Assembly: GCA_040437565.1 (NCBI GenBank) | Contig: JBDOQK010000017.1 | Span: 248,001-312,000, forward strand | Direction of reading: 5' to 3' | DNA length: 64,000 bases | Source of the DNA: Albugo candida | Lineage: Eukaryota | Shown here: positions 1 to 12,599 of the stretch, one piece after another | Layout of the letters: each line of letters opens with the position of its first letter | Position numbering within the stretch: position 1 is the stretch's first letter | The notes under the pieces: model-generated | What the model was told of the DNA's origin: nothing | The model's input: only the letters and a program-made list of their open reading frames with translations | The model's database searches: none | Program-made: the position numbers and the translations under genes

Positions 1-3000
1 ATCAGGTTGAGGCTCGGTCGGAGTCAACATCACGACCAGCATCTTTCTTATGGTGGAGGCGAGGCGAACTAAACAGATGGAGCTGAATAACTGACGTATT
101 GAACAAATGGCAAGGCAAGGTGAAGTGCGGTACTATAAAACAACTTCCTAAAATGATTTGTTCGGAACACGAGCAGTATTCGAGAAAGTCATATCGAAAT
201 GAGAAGGACATAGTCGTATTTTACCTATCGACGTCTGGTCTATGGCCCCCTACCAGAGCCACACTGTATGGTCGAGATAGCTTTGATAAACGAGTCACCA
301 TAATGGTTGAATTAGAAGCTATAGAAAGTGAAGGTTGCGTGAGCTGCATGATGCTTCGCACGGAAGTTTTTTTCATGTAGGCTTCTACAAAAATTCGCTC
401 TGGATATTTGTGGATGACACAAGTTCACGCTGATTTACTTGATGTGTGCATCTCAAAAAAAGCTTGCACAAATTTATGGTATAACGAGGCAGGGAAAAAG
501 CTCGTTATACCCAAACATTTGAGACCCTGGAGTCATGATGGCCTAAAAGCATATGGTTTCACACGTTGGGTGCATAAAAAAGAAAAGCTCTATGCAGATT
601 CGTTAAGCTGATAATCTGAAGGATGAAACATTATTTTGCCCTTCAGCTTTTTCATGAACTAATCGACCTAATGAAATCTGGAAGAAAATAGAGCATCAGA
701 AATTAGCTGTAGCTGTGAATTTATGCGTTGAATTTTTTTCATGATTTAGAAAAAAGATATAAATGTCACTCTTAAGGGATGATTCGTCAAGTGTAAAAAG
801 CCCTTATCAGAACAGCGCTCAGATAGTCAATCACTGCAAGTCTACCACGTGGGATGTGTGGTAGTGGTTCATCGTAAATTTGGACAGCTAAAGGAAAGAG
901 ATATTGACAACGAGCGGACAACTCTAGTTTTAATACATGCAAAGAATGGCTTTAGATTTATACTACTGATGCTACACGAACTGCTGATGTATTTGTTCGA
1001 ATAGAAACTATCACAACGTGATTTTTTCGAGATTGGTACTTTATTCTTAAGCTGAGTGAGAGGTTGATGTCGTTTCTTTTACTATCTAAATTGAAGAAGT
1101 CTTACTTTCAGGTTTCTCTGATCATTAAAAAGTTTTTGATAGTTTCTAAAGCAATATAGGACGAGCCGAAGGCGAGAGAATATTGGAGAAATGGCGAAAA
1201 CAAGTACAGACTAAAGGATTATCATGCGAGAACGCTTTTTTACTACGTCGATAAATCAGGGTCCCTGGCAACCAATTTGTGCTTCTTTCTGGCACTTTTG
1301 ACTGTGAGAATTGGTAGGAGAGCTCTGACGAATTGAATCGGCTTTTCTTTCGCAACGTTCTGCCGACTATTACGACTTGATATTTATTTATACAGAACTT
1401 CATAGTTTTAATATGCTAGAGGGAAATACCAAAGTTGATGCGTTCATCAACGTAGCGCATGCATGATAGATACGCTTCGATACTTCTTCTTTTTTTCCAA
1501 CGAACATGTCAGCTGTCGTGATGGCACAAAAGTACTTACTAACGTTCTGCTCAATCATCTATTTGTCTCAAGCAGAAATGGCTGACTGTTTCTCGTTAAT
1601 TGTAACCAACAATACCGCACAAAAGCATCAAGCAATTTCAGTTCTCACTGTTTGTAATTTGCTTGAAAAATCTACAGTCCTTTCATCATATGGTACTGGT
1701 GCGGCTGCCTGTGTGTGTGGAACTATACTCGCCTCATTCATACCTTGCATACTATCGCCGTGATTGAGTGTGTATATTTGACGCTAGAAGCTTGCTGATA
1801 ACCATCACGTTTTATTGTGTGCCAGCAATCTGATAGATCATGAGACCCCGATAATTAATTTGTTGTACATGAGTCAGATGTTTATCGTACACATATTGCG
1901 TAATACATCATCCTACCGCATTGTGCATTTTTGATTATGACATTTTCACAATTTGCTCGTATTGCACGGATGAGATGCAACTGTAATTCACAGTATTGTG
2001 AAATCAAATGTGTTATATTACGCCAATTCACATCATCTCAGCTCATAATTAAAATCCAGATAACATAACTAGACTTCCTTCCATGCTATAAATTTTCTAT
2101 GTGCTGTACCTTCTCTGAGATTTTTTGACCCCGTAATAAATATGTCTTGTGTTTATTTGCTCATCTTAAGGAGATTAAAAGGAACTGATAATGCAATCTC
2201 TTTCCAGAAAGACTTTGAAATTTTACAAATGAGAACTTGTAGTCTGCGGAATAATTTCGTATCGAGCGGACAATAGCTTGAAACTGTTAAATTCCAGATC
2301 CCTGTAGGAATTTTGCTGTTTTTCTTGTTCGATAACTCCCACTTTATCATCACATTTGTCTCAAGCGGACTTGGTATCGATGTATATATAAATCAATGCA
2401 TCTGATGAGGCAATAAGTGTCGGTAACATCAGCCTCTCAATTCAGCACGAGCATTCAGTAGCACGGAACTGAAATAACTCGATTCCTCGCTTGAACGTTG
2501 TCGTATCTACTGAGTCTTATCTTGCGAGAAATTTAAAGCTCCTTGCGCATTCATTGGACCATCATACTGTAGTTGCGCTTGAGATATCTTCTTTCTTGCG
2601 ATCTCTGTGTGACTGCACTGGCATTTAACAAACTTCTATTGTTCCTTTACTAGTGATCAACAGCTGAAACAGAAACTTCGTCGAGATGAAAGATTGCGCT
2701 AGACCAGCTCATTCATTGGGCAGGCGAAGTCATCTATTTCGTCTCTCTTCCTTGAATAAAGTGCTGCATGCATGGAATTGGCTAACTACAGTTTTTGGAC
2801 ACAGCGATCTCTTTATAAAGACCTTCCGTATCGCAGCAACTGGATTCTATCCTAGGAAATTTTATGTCATAACGCAATTCATTCGTCTCATCAAAATTAA
2901 GCGCAACATTGAAGGCAGAATGCATACCGCACCTTACTTTCGTAAAATTACAAGTATTCAATTAGTGAATGGAGTAAGATTGGTCCCAACGTACACAAAA

Positions 3001-3284
3001 AGCAACTCAAAGTGTCTTGACTCTAAATGGCTTCTTTATTCCAACCTAGACGACAATTCAGTTTGATGACTCGGCAAGAATCCATCCGATTGCGCGTGAC
3101 ATCTCCCAAGAAACTCTTTTCACGTGATTCAGAACTTTTATCGTTCATACGCATTCCATAGAATGGGATGCTTTTGCATCGAATCTCACCTTTTTCTTCG
3201 ATATTTCTTTTCGAAAAAATAAAGAATTCCATTTTTAGCATTCCATTTTCATACTTACATTTCCGTTTCTACATTTTTACGGCA

Positions 3285-4004
3285 ATGGAGTTTTCATCCT
3301 TCTGGCGTCAGCGTGACGCTCTTTTATGCTCACTCCGCACATCTCTCACGTGCGTCACTTAGAACACTCGAAACCTTTTTGACATATCTATTCAGAAAGG
3401 CGCAAGAAAACTACGCAAGGGAACAATCCGCGGCGACATCAATTCAGAGAGTTTTTCGAGGTCAAGTTGCACGTAAGCGGCTTTCCATGCGCTCGAAAGC
3501 AGAAATTGAGATCGCCCGACGATTTCGCGGGTTACTGGGAAAGCGTCGGACACGTCAGACTGCGTGGATCCAACAACAACGAGAGGAGCAATCGATTCGA
3601 AGCGGATATTGCATTTTGATACAAAAGGTATTCCGCGGATACAAAAGTCGCCAAAAGTGCGATTTCCGCGCGCGGAAAGCGTTTGTACAAAATGTGTTAA
3701 TACAAAGTGATCAGTTGCGAATGTCTCTGAGCGTAAATTTGGAACAGCAGCGACAGGTACCCTCACTTTTGATTCGGAGTAAGTACTCATTTTATAATTA
3801 CAGACGGAAGCGAAACTGAGTCGTGAGGAAAGATGTGAGAATGTTCAAAAACTTGCTAGAAATCTTCATCATCTCTTGGGAACAAAAAGCGTCGCAGGGA
3901 TTTACAGACGAAAGCAATTTCTTGGGATACCGGTCGAGAGTCATATTGAAGCAGCGAGAACGTCGGTGCGACCTCATCTATTGAGAAAAAAGAGAAAGAA
4001 TTGA
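3285..4004 (+). CDS. SPATA17-like IQ-motif (calmodulin-binding) protein, 3 exons (introns 3350-3395, 3757-3803)
   Basis: IQ motifs IQRVFRGQVAR, IARRFRGLLGK and IQKVFRGYKSR. Both GT-AG introns keep frame. The last exon has LHHLLGTKSVAGIY, resembling the SPATA17 C-terminal motif. Stop TGA at 4002-4004. Confidence 0.8.
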
Positions 4005-4195
4005 TTGCAGTTGGAACGACTCAAACAGAGAGATTCCCTCAAAAATCGAGAGTATGGTTCTGAATAGAGGGCGGGGTTCAATTGAAGGCTGTATCAAGTA
4101 ATTGAATAGAAGACTGTGTCGAGTAGTAAACGGTGTTGAATGAAGATTCGCTGCAAGAGAATATGGGCTTTATTTGTGAACAAGGATCGATTGTA

Positions 4196-4864
4196 TCATT
4201 CATGTTCGACTTTTTTGAGCTCTTTCATGTTTGTTCCGGCAATTTGTTCACCTGATAGAGAAAATGAGGTATAATTTTTGGAAGTTGCGGTACGTACCGA
4301 GGAGCTGAAGACGAGTGACAATCGTTTGCTCGTCGCCGTGGTTGGATTCGATATAAATCTATGCAGATCGCTAAAATGTTGATTTACTGACTGGAGACAA
4401 CCTACCGTGAGCCAATGTGTTTGCTGGAATTTCACTACGCGAAGCTCCATTGGACCATTTGTTTGCGATAGTTCCAAAGTCTGGGTCGGTTCGACATCGT
4501 CTACGTCCGAAAACGCCATGTTGGGGCGATTGATATACAGTTTGGTGACGCGCGGGGCGGTTGCTGCAACAACATTGTTGAGAGGGGAAACGTCCGTGTG
4601 CCGAATGTACCGTCAGGGAGCCCGCAAATGTGGATGGAATGTAGCTTGACTGGTTGTTGGAACGCAATGTGCAATAATAACTCCTCTACAGATCGAGAGT
4701 GATAATTTGGCAAGGAAGCAGTGGGAGGACATACCGTCGCAATCCGAGGAAAGATATAGCGACTCATCACCCATAAATACGTTCTCTAGCGCATGGTTCG
4801 GATGCTCATTGAGACAATAACAAGCGCTTTTATCAATCACGTCAGCAAGATCGAAAGACGGCAT
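4196..4864 (-). CDS. PITH domain-containing protein (PITHD1/TXNL1 C-terminal type), 5 exons
   Basis: Spliced product reads MPSFDLADVIDKSACYCLNE...YLSSDCDEELLLHIAFQQPVKLHSI...APRVTKLYINRPNMAFSD...LRVVKFQ...IYIESNHGDEQT...GTNMKELKKV, a typical PITH sequence. Confidence 0.88.
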
Positions 4865-7261
4865 CGTTAATATCTGATTGGCTTATAATAGAATACATAA
4901 GGTTGTTCGAAAGTACACAGGATGTTGCGGCAAGCGCTTACTGCGCGGGAAAAAGATCTTGCAATAGAACGGGCCGCAAACTTTCTCCTGTGATTGGATG
5001 GAAACCTTCGCGAGCAGTTTGATGACGCAAATTTTGTGCCCGTACAAAGGCGCGTTGTTGTATACGCGCAGCTGTTTCTCTCAGTCGCTGTCCGTCTGCT
5101 CCATCATTATATCGCAACGTGATTGGATCATATGCCTCGCCACTCTGGTTGCGTCTCGAACGGCGACCTGATGCACGAGTTGCGCGCCACTTATCTTCCT
5201 CTCGAGCTTGAAATTCATCCAATCTCTTCCACCGATCAACTTCGCGCTCGATAGTTTGCGCTCGTTTTCGTTCTTCTGATGCGCGCTTACGAGCGATTTG
5301 AGTGTCACGGAGCCGTTTTTCTTCGCCGGAAGTATCGGTATGAAATCTATTGCTTTCATCGAGAAACCCTTGCGTCCCAGGTGGGAACTGTACCATTGCG
5401 GTACCGCTTTGGGACGGATCAATCCGAATAAAACCTTCTCGGCGTCGTCCCAGCCGTTCTTTTTCTAAAAGATCTTTACATTGTCGAGCATTTCTCTCGG
5501 CTCGACCACGCGGTGGGATGTTGTAATAAATGCGTTCTGTTTCACTTGTCGCCACCATAAAATACAAAGTGGTACCACGCTACACTGAAATTAGCATTGG
5601 AAACGAATACGTTTGAAATAAACATCGAGCGTTTCGGATTCTTCCAACCAAGTAGTACCTTCAGACGACAATCCGTCAAGGAAAAGCATATGCCACCGAT
5701 ACAGTTTCCGTCGAGTAGAAAGACAAAACGCATCCGATGTGTTTTCTTTCGAAAGACTCGGTCAGCATCGGTTTCCATTCAAACTCTACATCGTACCAAG
5801 TACACTTACTATCACTTGAATCGAATGTTGCATACCCCTNNNNNNNNNNNNNNNNNNNNNNNNNNNNNNNNNNNNNNNNNNNNNNNNNNNNNNNNNNNNN
5901 NNNNNNNNNNNNNNNNNNNNNNNNNNNNNNNNNNNNNNNATGTTGGGGCGATTGATATACAGTTTGGTGACGCGCGGGGCGGTTGCTGCAACAACATTGT
6001 TGAGAGGGGAAACGTCCGTGTGCCGAATGTACCGTCAGGGAGCCCGCAAATGTGGATGGAATGTAGCTTGACTGGTTGTTGGAACGCAATGTGCAATAAT
6101 AACTCCTCTACAGATCGAGAGTGATAATTTGGCAAGGAAGCAGTGGGAGGACATACCGTCGCAATCCGAGGAAAGATATAGCGACTCATCACCCATAAAT
6201 ACGTTCTCTAGCGCATGGTTCGGATGCTCATTGAGACAATAACAAGCGCTTTTATCAATCACGTCAGCAAGATCGAAAGACGGCATCGTTAATATCTGAT
6301 TGGCTTATAATAGAATACATAAGGTTGTTCGAAAGTACACAGGATGTTGCGGCAAGCGCTTACTGCGCGGGAAAAAGATCTTGCAATAGAACGGGCCGCA
6401 AACTTTCTCCTGTGATTGGATGGAAACCTTCGCGAGCAGTTTGATGACGCAAATTTTGTGCCCGTACAAAGGCGCGTTGTTGTATACGCGCAGCTGTTTC
6501 TCTCAGTCGCTGTCCGTCTGCTCCATCATTATATCGCAACGTGATTGGATCATATGCCTCGCCACTCTGGTTGCGTCTCGAACGGCGACCTGATGCACGA
6601 GTTGCGCGCCACTTATCTTCCTCTCGAGCTTGAAATTCATCCAATCTCTTCCACCGATCAACTTCGCGCTCGATAGTTTGCGCTCGTTTTCGTTCTTCTG
6701 ATGCGCGCTTACGAGCGATTTGAGTGTCACGGAGCCGTTTTTCTTCGCCGGAAGTATCGGTATGAAATCTATTGCTTTCATCGAGAAACCCTTGCGTCCC
6801 AGGTGGGAACTGTACCATTGCGGTACCGCTTTGGGACGGATCAATCCGAATAAAACCTTCTCGGCGTCGTCCCAGCCGTTCTTTTTCTAAAAGATCTTTA
6901 CATTGTCGAGCATTTCTCTCGGCTCGACCACGCGGTGGGATGTTGTAATAAATGCGTTCTGTTTCACTTGTCGCCACCATAAAATACAAAGTGGTACCAC
7001 GCTACACTGAAATTAGCATTGGAAACGAATACGTTTGAAATAAACATCGAGCGTTTCGGATTCTTCCAACCAAGTAGTACCTTCAGACGACAATCCGTCA
7101 AGGAAAAGCATATGCCACCGATACAGTTTCCGTCGAGTAGAAAGACAAAACGCATCCGATGTGTTTTCTTTCGAAAGACTCGGTCAGCATCGGTTTCCAT
7201 TCAAACTCTACATCGTACCAAGTACACTTACTATCACTTGAATCGAATGTTGCATACCCCT
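4518..7261. other. Gap-flanking duplication 4518-5839 = 5940-7261 (probable unmerged contig overlap)
   Basis: Identical ORFs at offset 1422; both copies abut the 100-N gap. Confidence 0.85.
4938..5567 (-). CDS. Redundant partial copy of the hypothetical protein at 6360-7353 (probable assembly duplicate)
   Basis: Translation is identical to 6360-6989, and it lies inside the repeat flanking the gap at 5840-5939. Confidence 0.45.
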   Translation of the reverse strand: MYFMVATSETERIYYNIPPRGRAERNARQCKDLLEKERLGRRREGFIRIDPSQSGTAMVQFPPGTQGFLDESNRFHTDTSGEEKRLRDTQIARKRASEERKRAQTIEREVDRWKRLDEFQAREEDKWRATRASGRRSRRNQSGEAYDPITLRYNDGADGQRLRETAARIQQRAFVRAQNLRHQTAREGFHPITGESLRPVLLQDLFPAQ

Positions 7262-7353
7262 GACGCAACACGCGCTTTTACACTGAAAAAGACGCAGGTA
7301 AAAGATCTGGGAGGGATAGGCAGTTGCTTGAACTGCGTTTCTACGCCATTCAT
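6360..7353 (-). CDS. Hypothetical charged/coiled-coil protein; last exon 6360-~7010, 5' exons uncertain
   Basis: 209-aa open frame with paired YDPIT/FHPITGE motifs. Upstream GT/AG sites and an ATG at 7353 (MNGVETQFKQLPIPPRS) suggest extra 5' exons, which I did not resolve. Confidence 0.65.
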
Positions 7354-7568
7354 TGTCTAACTAACGAAAGTGTACCGAGCTTCAACAGAGCCAGCTGAGT
7401 TTGTCCTACGTCCATGTTCATTGTGGCTCGGGCCACTCGTCATGTCCCGAACAATACGATTATTACCGTAAAGGACAACAAATGGATTTTTCTTTATTTT
7501 AACTGTCGCGTTTGGGTCATTTTCAATTTTTCCGTAATAAACCGACTAGTTTGCATCCGACGCTTACC

Positions 7569-8219
7569 ATGGAAAATTACACATCTTCGGAATCACGTTC
7601 GGCATGGAGCCTACGCTCGGACACCTTTCGCCTGATTTTGCGTGCTTCTCAAAGCGTGGTGGCAACTGCTGCGTTTGCTACAACTTGTGTTAGCTTTCGC
7701 CGAGTGTCTGTGGATGGAGAAGATACGATCACATTGGGTGGGTCAGAATCAACATTTTTATTACTCATGTTGTTTTCTGCCACCGTTTATTGCATTTGGT
7801 ACATTGGGGCACAAGTATTCCAATGGCCAATGATGCACACTCTACGTGCTGGTATACTACTGGATATCGTGTTTGCATCATTGCTTTTGTTAAGCGGTAT
7901 CATGTTTACGATGTCCAATTATAACCAGAACTGCGATTACTATGAAGAATTTCTGCGATGTCACGCTATGAGTATGGCCGGGATACTCACGTTCATTCTG
8001 AGTGGGACGTTCGTTCTGAGTTGCTTCCTATTCATTGTACGCAACCTGCGCAAGAATGATGGTTCGGATGAGAAATCTGGAATCCAAGGCGGTGACGCGA
8101 TTTGCATTCCGTACGAAGAACATATCACGCCAGCAATGGGAATCGGCAAAACGCAAAGCATTGCCACTCCAACGAGCCACCAGCTTCGTGGTAATCAGTA
8201 CATCGAAACCAGAGTCTGA
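7569..8219 (+). CDS. MARVEL/CASP-like four-TM membrane protein
   Basis: LILRASQ start of TM1, four hydrophobic segments, and SNY..NC-x8-C in loop 2. ATG 7569 lies downstream of an INR/FPR-like motif at ~7518. Confidence 0.85.
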   Translation: MENYTSSESRSAWSLRSDTFRLILRASQSVVATAAFATTCVSFRRVSVDGEDTITLGGSESTFLLLMLFSATVYCIWYIGAQVFQWPMMHTLRAGILLDIVFASLLLLSGIMFTMSNYNQNCDYYEEFLRCHAMSMAGILTFILSGTFVLSCFLFIVRNLRKNDGSDEKSGIQGGDAICIPYEEHITPAMGIGKTQSIATPTSHQLRGNQYIETRV

Positions 8220-8431
8220 TCGGTTGTATACGTATACGTTCAGCTTAATACACGTTTTTTATTGGGTGCACGTTTTTATTTCACATATCACCTTATAGTT
8301 AAACTGACTGAAACGTTTCTTGCGATTTTCCATCCGCGATTGAGATTGAGTATACTGATTCCTTCCATAAAAGTTTAAGGCTGAAATGACAAACCATTCG
8401 GAAATTGTCACTTGAAGAATAACATTACACA

Positions 8432-8992
8432 ATGCCAGGATTCGATAAATTGTCGTACGTCCGTATAACCTTGCGCGCGTTCCAATTTCTCTTCAGTCTG
8501 GTCGCCATTTCGACGATGGCTGCATCGTTTCGATCCATTGAGTTTGGAATGAATGTGTATAGTTCGTCCTTAGGAAGTAGTGTGTCAACATATGTCACTA
8601 TTCTGACGTACTCGTCCCTAATTTACAGTTCATGGTACCTCTTTGGCGTCGAAATTCTACAATATTATACAGTTCCAAAAGTACAAGATTGGTTGCTCGA
8701 CGGTACCTTTATGATTTTATATTTGATCGCGTCAGTTCTACTCGTCACGTCGTCGTATGCGCGTCACTGCGCTCTGTTCGAACTGCTGTTGCGATGTGGG
8801 AATCTCAAGGCCACGGTGGTATTCTTATTTCTAAATTTGTGCGCCTTACTGGGATCTATCGCTCTAAGCTTTGTCCCCATTCGAAATACTGTCGAATTGA
8901 AAGCATCAGAGCCTCAAACTGAAGAATGTATGCCGCCGTATGTCAGCAATAACACACCAAAAAAAATTGAAGTGTTGGCGAATGATGTCTGA
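8432..8992 (+). CDS. MARVEL/CASP-like four-TM membrane protein
   Basis: ITLRAFQFLFSLVA, LGSS, four TM segments and SSYARHC-x8-C. Paralog of the neighbouring genes. Confidence 0.88.
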   Translation: MPGFDKLSYVRITLRAFQFLFSLVAISTMAASFRSIEFGMNVYSSSLGSSVSTYVTILTYSSLIYSSWYLFGVEILQYYTVPKVQDWLLDGTFMILYLIASVLLVTSSYARHCALFELLLRCGNLKATVVFLFLNLCALLGSIALSFVPIRNTVELKASEPQTEECMPPYVSNNTPKKIEVLANDV

Positions 8993-9634
8993 TTTCATGT
9001 GACCCACATACGTCGATGTGTATATTCGTACCATTTGCGAAATCGTATAACAATCGAAAAGACAAGTGTTTGCAACATTAGCTAATCGTTTCTAACCAAT
9101 CTCTCGTTTTTCATCCATAAGTGTATTGTTCTTCTTTTCGACTGAGTAATAAAGTTCGAGTTGCGATCGCGGGATCCTCAATATCCAGCGTCATTTAAAG
9201 CATTCTGATTGGCGATTAAAATAATACTATTGGTGCTGTTTTGATCCAATCGAAGTTGAAATAAGGTACAATGACGAGCAAGGAAACAGCATTGCGAAAT
9301 CAACCGTTTCTCCTCTACAATAAGTGATGAATCAGGTTCAGTACTCAAGAGGGAGGAGTACCGATCCATTCAAGGTATGCTCACTTACCATATAAAGCTA
9401 ACCAACGAGTGCTATGGTCTCGAGGGATACGTGTTACTCTTTCCTGCGGTGAGTAGTAACCTCAGTTTTACGCGAATTTTGTGCAACCACGAAGTTGTTA
9501 CATGTATTGATCGAATGGAGACTTCATGATTCAAGTGAACTTTGTGGAGTTCGTGAATATCACAAAGCGTCGCTTACGGAGATGTCGCACGTTCTGGAAA
9601 ACGTTGGTGAGGGGTTCATTCATCAAGGCTGAAA

Positions 9635-11321
9635 ATGGAAATAAACTCTCAGAAGCGACTGACATTGCAACTCGTTTGTGAGGCGCATCGCTTAAAGTTT
9701 GAAACTTTGGATGAGGAGCAGATGCAACTTCTATTCGAACTTAAGACGTTGCGTTTAGATACGTTTGGGCTGGAAAAGCTAGAGAACCTCAATGTGTATA
9801 CCCACGTTCGAGAATTATACCTCCAAGATAATCGTATAAAGAAAATCGAAGGATTGGAGTGCATGACACAGCTCATGTTGATCGCATTGCGTGGAAATTT
9901 GATCGAAAAGGTGAATCCTTGTCGCTTGTACCTACTAAGACTGATGTCATCCGTAGATTGAGAATATCGATCATCTGACAAAAGTATGTATACATCGATC
10001 CATGCTTCGGCATTAAGTGCGTTCGTATAGCTTCAGTGCTTGGATTTGAGGGAGAATGCCATCAACGACTTCGAAATGAGTATGTCTGCGTGCTAAGGGA
10101 AATTACACTCGTTTGAGGGACTATACAGATGAGCTTCCAAACGCGTTGCGGATCATATATTTCCATGGGAACCCTTTCTTGCGTCACATGCCACAGTACG
10201 CAGCTCTGTTTTTCAAGCGACTGCCAATGCTGAAGGTATCCATACGGTAGAAAGTGTTCGATCTCAAGCGTGTCTATGCACAGCAAGTCGACTCGTACTT
10301 CAAGTCAAATGAGGGAGAGATCGCTCAAATAGAAGAGTGCGTAGCCGAAAAGTACGATGTAATGGATATCGGACATAAGAATGCAGTTCTTGACTGGGAA
10401 GCCACAGAAAAAGCGTGTAGTATACAGTACGAAGCCACCACCGCGNNNNNNNNNNNNNNNNNNNNNNNNNNNNNNNNNNNNNNNNNNNNNNNNNNNNNNN
10501 NNNNNNNNNNNNNNNNNNNNNNNNNNNNNNNNNNNNNNNNNNNNNGGATTGGAGTGCATGACACAGCTCATGTTGATCGCATTGCGTGGAAATTTGATCG
10601 AAAAGGTGAATCCTTGTCGCTTGTACCTACTAAGACTGATGTCATCCGTAGATTGAGAATATCGATCATCTGACAAAAGTATGTATACATCGATCCATGC
10701 TTCGGCATTAAGTGCGTTCGTATAGCTTCAGTGCTTGGATTTGAGGGAGAATGCCATCAACGACTTCGAAATGAGTATGTCTGCGTGCTAAGGGAAATTA
10801 CACTCGTTTGAGGGACTATACAGATGAGCTTCCAAACGCGTTGCGGATCATATATTTCCATGGGAACCCTTTCTTGCGTCACATGCCACAGTACGCAGCT
10901 CTGTTTTTCAAGCGACTGCCAATGCTGAAGGTATCCATACGGTAGAAAGTGTTCGATCTCAAGCGTGTCTATGCACAGCAAGTCGACTCGTACTTCAAGT
11001 CAAATGAGGGAGAGATCGCTCAAATAGAAGAGTGCGTAGCCGAAAAGTACGATGTAATGGATATCGGACATAAGAATGCAGTTCTTGACTGGGAAGCCAC
11101 AGAAAAAGCGTGTAGTATACAGTACGAAGCCACCACCGCGACGATAAGTGCGCGTCGTACTGCTGCCATTGAGAGCGCCCAACGGGCGACGAAACGTGCT
11201 ATCGCAGATTCTAAAACGCATTTCGAAAAGGTGGGTTGTACCAATGTGAATGAACGTCTATTAATTGCGGATTTAGATGGAGAAGGATCATTATACGTGG
11301 CGCCAAAGATTGCAACACTAA
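9635..11321 (+). CDS. SDS22-type leucine-rich repeat protein (LRRC46-like), multi-exon; 9851-10445 duplicated around a gap
   Basis: LRRs LKTLRLDTFGLEKLENL, VRELYLQDNRIKKIEGL, LIALRGNLIEK, LQCLDLRENAI and an FHGNPF cap. Short GT-AG introns; putative last exon MEKDHYTWRQRLQH*. Confidence 0.78.
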
Positions 11322-11650
11322 GATATACGTATACCCATACCATTTTTCTCACCAAAATATGAATTGTGTTTGACATTTAAGGGTCGTCGATCATACTTGT
11401 GCAATCCTATTGGATGAGTTGTAACAGTTTTATTGAATGCAATCTAATTACATTTCAAGATGCGACTGTTAATTTTGTCCGTCGAAACTGTCGATCGGAA
11501 GCGCCACATGACAGATTATATCACATTCCACTATACATTAGATCTCACAATCTGATAATAGCACAAAAGAGCCTCCATATTGATACGGTTGTGCGGTATA
11601 TCATTTCATAAAGTCATATCGCAATGGTAGATAGTTTCACTCCGATCTCT

Positions 11651-11667
11651 TCACTTTTGAATTTGCA
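11651..11667 (+). promoter_or_regulatory. Oomycete INR+FPR-like core promoter
   Basis: TCACTTTTGAATTTGCA ends 10 nt before ATG 11678 and resembles the oomycete YCATTYYNCAWTTT consensus. Confidence 0.5.
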
Positions 11668-11677
11668 ATTCATCACT

Positions 11678-12268
11678 ATGGCGACTTACGACACTCGACG
11701 GGATTACAAACAAATCATTCCACGGGCATTACAACTCATCCTATCAGCACTCGCGTTAGCATTCGCCGCTTCCGCTTCTCGCCGTTTTATCAACAGAAGA
11801 AATGGTGAATCCGCGTACCTCGGAAGCTCTGAGCTTTCGTTCACCTTATTGGTCACTTATTCGACAATGTTGTACGCTTTATGGCATTTGTTCACGGAAT
11901 ATCATCCAATCACAGACCGTCCACGACTATCACTCGTACGCCTGATAGATCTTATATTCCTGGGATTCTTATTTGCCGCGGGACTTGCATTGGTGCTCTC
12001 CGACTACAATCGACACTGTAACGGATATCAGTATCTGTTACATTGCGGTAACATCGTTGCCTCTGTGGTGTTTACGTTTTTAACAATGTTACCGTTCTTG
12101 ATCACGTTGGCAACTTCCTTTACGCGGACGGATCGTGATAAACACGTTACAGGAAATGATGGGTACCGAGCCACAGCTTCTCCAAACATGCGCAGTGATG
12201 CCAATGTCCCGCTCTCTCCTGTACATCAGTCCGGCTCTACAGCGAGAACACCAGCCGCAAATGTCTGA
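11678..12268 (+). CDS. MARVEL/CASP-like four-TM membrane protein
   Basis: IIPRALQLILSALA, YLGSS and SDYNRHC-x8-C. The ORF opens at 11624, but the promoter motif favours ATG 11678. Confidence 0.87.
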   Translation: MATYDTRRDYKQIIPRALQLILSALALAFAASASRRFINRRNGESAYLGSSELSFTLLVTYSTMLYALWHLFTEYHPITDRPRLSLVRLIDLIFLGFLFAAGLALVLSDYNRHCNGYQYLLHCGNIVASVVFTFLTMLPFLITLATSFTRTDRDKHVTGNDGYRATASPNMRSDANVPLSPVHQSGSTARTPAANV

Positions 12269-12599
12269 TAACTGTTAATAAATGTGGGATAATCAGCACC
12301 CTAAATGTCTCAAATAAATCACGTCACTTGATTGATCAAATTTCATCACTATTAAACCTATTAAATTTAATTGTTTTTCATCCAATCAAAGCATTATTTG
12401 TATACCATTCCTTTCTGTCAAAAAGCCCTCGGATTCGAGAAANNNNNNNNNNNNNNNNNNNNNNNNNNNNNNNNNNNNNNNNNNNNNNNNNNNNNNNNNN
12501 NNNNNNNNNNNNNNNNNNNNNNNNNNNNNNNNNNNNNNNNNNATAGTCCCCTCACTTTGATATGATTGGCTAGTTTTATGCTTGCGCAGTGCTAACGTG

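Noticed and set aside
5940..6286. Second PITH gene (and second WD40 5' end at 54501-54700)
   Set aside because: These are identical, gap-truncated copies inside the artefactual duplications.
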